Below, piece after piece: positions 62,844-64,000 of a DNA stretch of 64,000 nt. The first letter of the stretch is position 1, and each line of letters starts with the position of its first letter. Under the pieces are notes generated by a model. It had not been told where the DNA came from. It saw only the letters and a program-made list of their open reading frames with translations, and made no database searches. Source of the DNA: Verrucomicrobia bacterium Opi.OSU.00C (GTDB lineage: Bacteria > Verrucomicrobiota > Verrucomicrobiia > Opitutales > PNEW01); NCBI GenBank assembly GCA_002922725.1, contig PNEW01000002.1:5811-69810 (forward strand), read 5' to 3'. The position numbers were made by a program, and so were the translations under genes.

Positions 62844-63737
62844 TTACCCAATCTCAGTCTCTACGTATTTGATATACTCCATTGTTTCGGTAAGAATGGT
62901 ATCCAAATTGGCTTTCATGGGCATCGCGCCTTCGTCGACAATATCGCGAAAAGCCATGTTGAAAAGTTCCCTCGTCAATAATGGCATGTATACCGTCATG
63001 TAACCGGAGAATCCTATTTCCTTTAATGCTTGCATTATTCCCTTAACATCGGCGTGACCGGTTCCGAACTTGAAGTGATTGGTTTCGTTCATGTGAAATG
63101 TCACGATGTGGTCTTTAAATGTTTTAATTGCATCGGTAATCGATTTTTCTCCGACATTCATATGAAATACATCCGGTTGAAGACCGATGTTATCGCAATT
63201 CAGTTCCTTAATGACATTCATCGTCTCATTAAGGGTATTCATTAAACAGGGATAACTTTCATAACAATTCAAAGGTTCAACGGCGACAGTTACCTTTCGT
63301 TCGGCAGCGTAAGCACATATTTCTTTGAGTCCGTCGACAAGATTGCTTTTCAGAGTCTCGACGGGCATTACAGAAATGGGCGCCTCGGTTACACTGGGCT
63401 GGGGAAGACAAAACCCAAAAAATGGGGAATTCAAATCGACACAGTAATCAATAGACTCCTTTGCATACTCAACTGCTTTTTTTCTCGTGTCTACATCACC
63501 TCCTGCCAGGTCTCTGCCATCACCACCCCAATTGCCTAAAACTTCGGGGACTTCCAGGTTGAGAGAATCTGCAACGCGTCGTATCTGTTCCGTGTTGCGA
63601 TTATTCGGATTGTCAAAAACATCAATGCCATCAAATCCTGCACTCTTGATTGCATTCAAAATAAGTTCAGGTTCTTCCGAAAAATCATACCCTAAAAAGC
63701 CAAGTGTAAGTCCGGATACTGAATATTTAAAGGCCAT
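62844..63737 (-). CDS. sugar phosphate isomerase/epimerase (xylose-isomerase-like TIM barrel)
   Basis: 297 aa. VAVEPLNCYES, QPDVFHMN and FHMNE...GTGHAD metal-ligand pattern. Confidence 0.8.
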   Translation of the reverse strand: MAFKYSVSGLTLGFLGYDFSEEPELILNAIKSAGFDGIDVFDNPNNRNTEQIRRVADSLNLEVPEVLGNWGGDGRDLAGGDVDTRKKAVEYAKESIDYCVDLNSPFFGFCLPQPSVTEAPISVMPVETLKSNLVDGLKEICAYAAERKVTVAVEPLNCYESYPCLMNTLNETMNVIKELNCDNIGLQPDVFHMNVGEKSITDAIKTFKDHIVTFHMNETNHFKFGTGHADVKGIMQALKEIGFSGYMTVYMPLLTRELFNMAFRDIVDEGAMPMKANLDTILTETMEYIKYVETEIG

Positions 63738-63756
63738 AATACCTATTCATTGTGCT

Positions 63757-64000
63757 CTACTTAACATTAGCTTCTAACTCTTTAAATAACTTCAAAGGTC
63801 TTTCAAGATACGCTTTTAAATCAGGCCGCTTGGACTCCCTCTCAGCCCCACTTGATTGCCCATAATTTCCTCCTGTCATATTAAAGATTTCCTGTGTCGT
63901 GAACGGCATATAAAAAGCTATGTAGCCGTTGTAGTTAATATCCTTCAGTGCTTTGATTATCGCCGGGTAATCTGCATGACCTGTTCCATGTTCCCGGTGA
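63757..64000 (-). CDS. sugar phosphate isomerase/epimerase, C-terminal fragment (5' end beyond window edge)
   Basis: My minus-strand translation reads HREHGTGHADYPAIIKALKDINYNGYIAFYMPFTTQEIFNM...KELEANVK, with the stop at 63759-63757. It is paralogous to the C-terminus of the adjacent gene (GTGHADVKGIMQALKEIGFSGYMTVYMPLLTRELFNM). Confidence 0.65.
   Translation of the reverse strand, partial: HREHGTGHADYPAIIKALKDINYNGYIAFYMPFTTQEIFNMTGGNYGQSSGAERESKRPDLKAYLERPLKLFKELEANVK

Noticed and set aside
1-64000. A window-wide search for tRNA, rRNA, tmRNA or RNase P signatures, CRISPR repeats, and transposase, integrase or phage genes.
   Set aside because: I recognised none by eye in the intergenic regions or the ORF track. 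A covariance-model scan would be needed to exclude small RNAs.

Overview
This 64-kb window reads as ordinary chromosome of an AT-rich diderm bacterium. Hand-counted 60-nt lines give about 38-47% GC in most genes and about 25% in spacers. I see roughly 57 protein-coding genes at high density on both strands. I found no rRNA, tRNA, CRISPR array, transposase, integrase or phage genes.

Recognisable content:
- a fur-family regulator followed by the sufCBDT Fe-S assembly genes
- an AddAB-type helicase-nuclease pair
- gmd and fcl (GDP-fucose synthesis), a thiolase and a Cys-type sulfatase
- pyrC, dcd, nadC, birA-coaX, thiE, and accB-accC followed by an Asp23/AmaP-like pair
- SulP, NhaC and MFS transporters, a TonB-dependent receptor, and a peptide-type ABC importer with no ATPase genes
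- a GldA/GldF/GldG-like ABC-2 system followed by a DUF4340 protein and a 924-aa AsmA-like protein
- several accessory oxidoreductase clusters: three PhyH-family dioxygenases, SDRs, Gfo/Idh/MocA, VOC, an HpcH aldolase and xylose-isomerase-like TIM barrels

The repertoire resembles marine PVC-group genomes (Verrucomicrobia, Lentisphaerae, Planctomycetes). That placement is inference only.

The strongest observations are technical:
- Positions 4327-4550 are a complete Illumina Nextera library construct. It has both transposase adapters, the i5 and i7 index sequences and degraded P5/P7 ends. It sits between an 83-bp duplication and splits a DTW-domain gene.
- Five reading frames are broken, and each is repaired by deleting one base from a homopolymer run. 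This points to systematic assembly error rather than five real pseudogenes.

The best candidates for real, under-described biology are:
- the ABC-2/GldG/DUF4340/AsmA-like envelope cluster (44.9-53.0 kb)
- the accBC-Asp23-AmaP-like synteny
- a GC-elevated catabolic block from about 58.4 kb to the window end

I did not find a convincing self-contained novel defence or mobile system.
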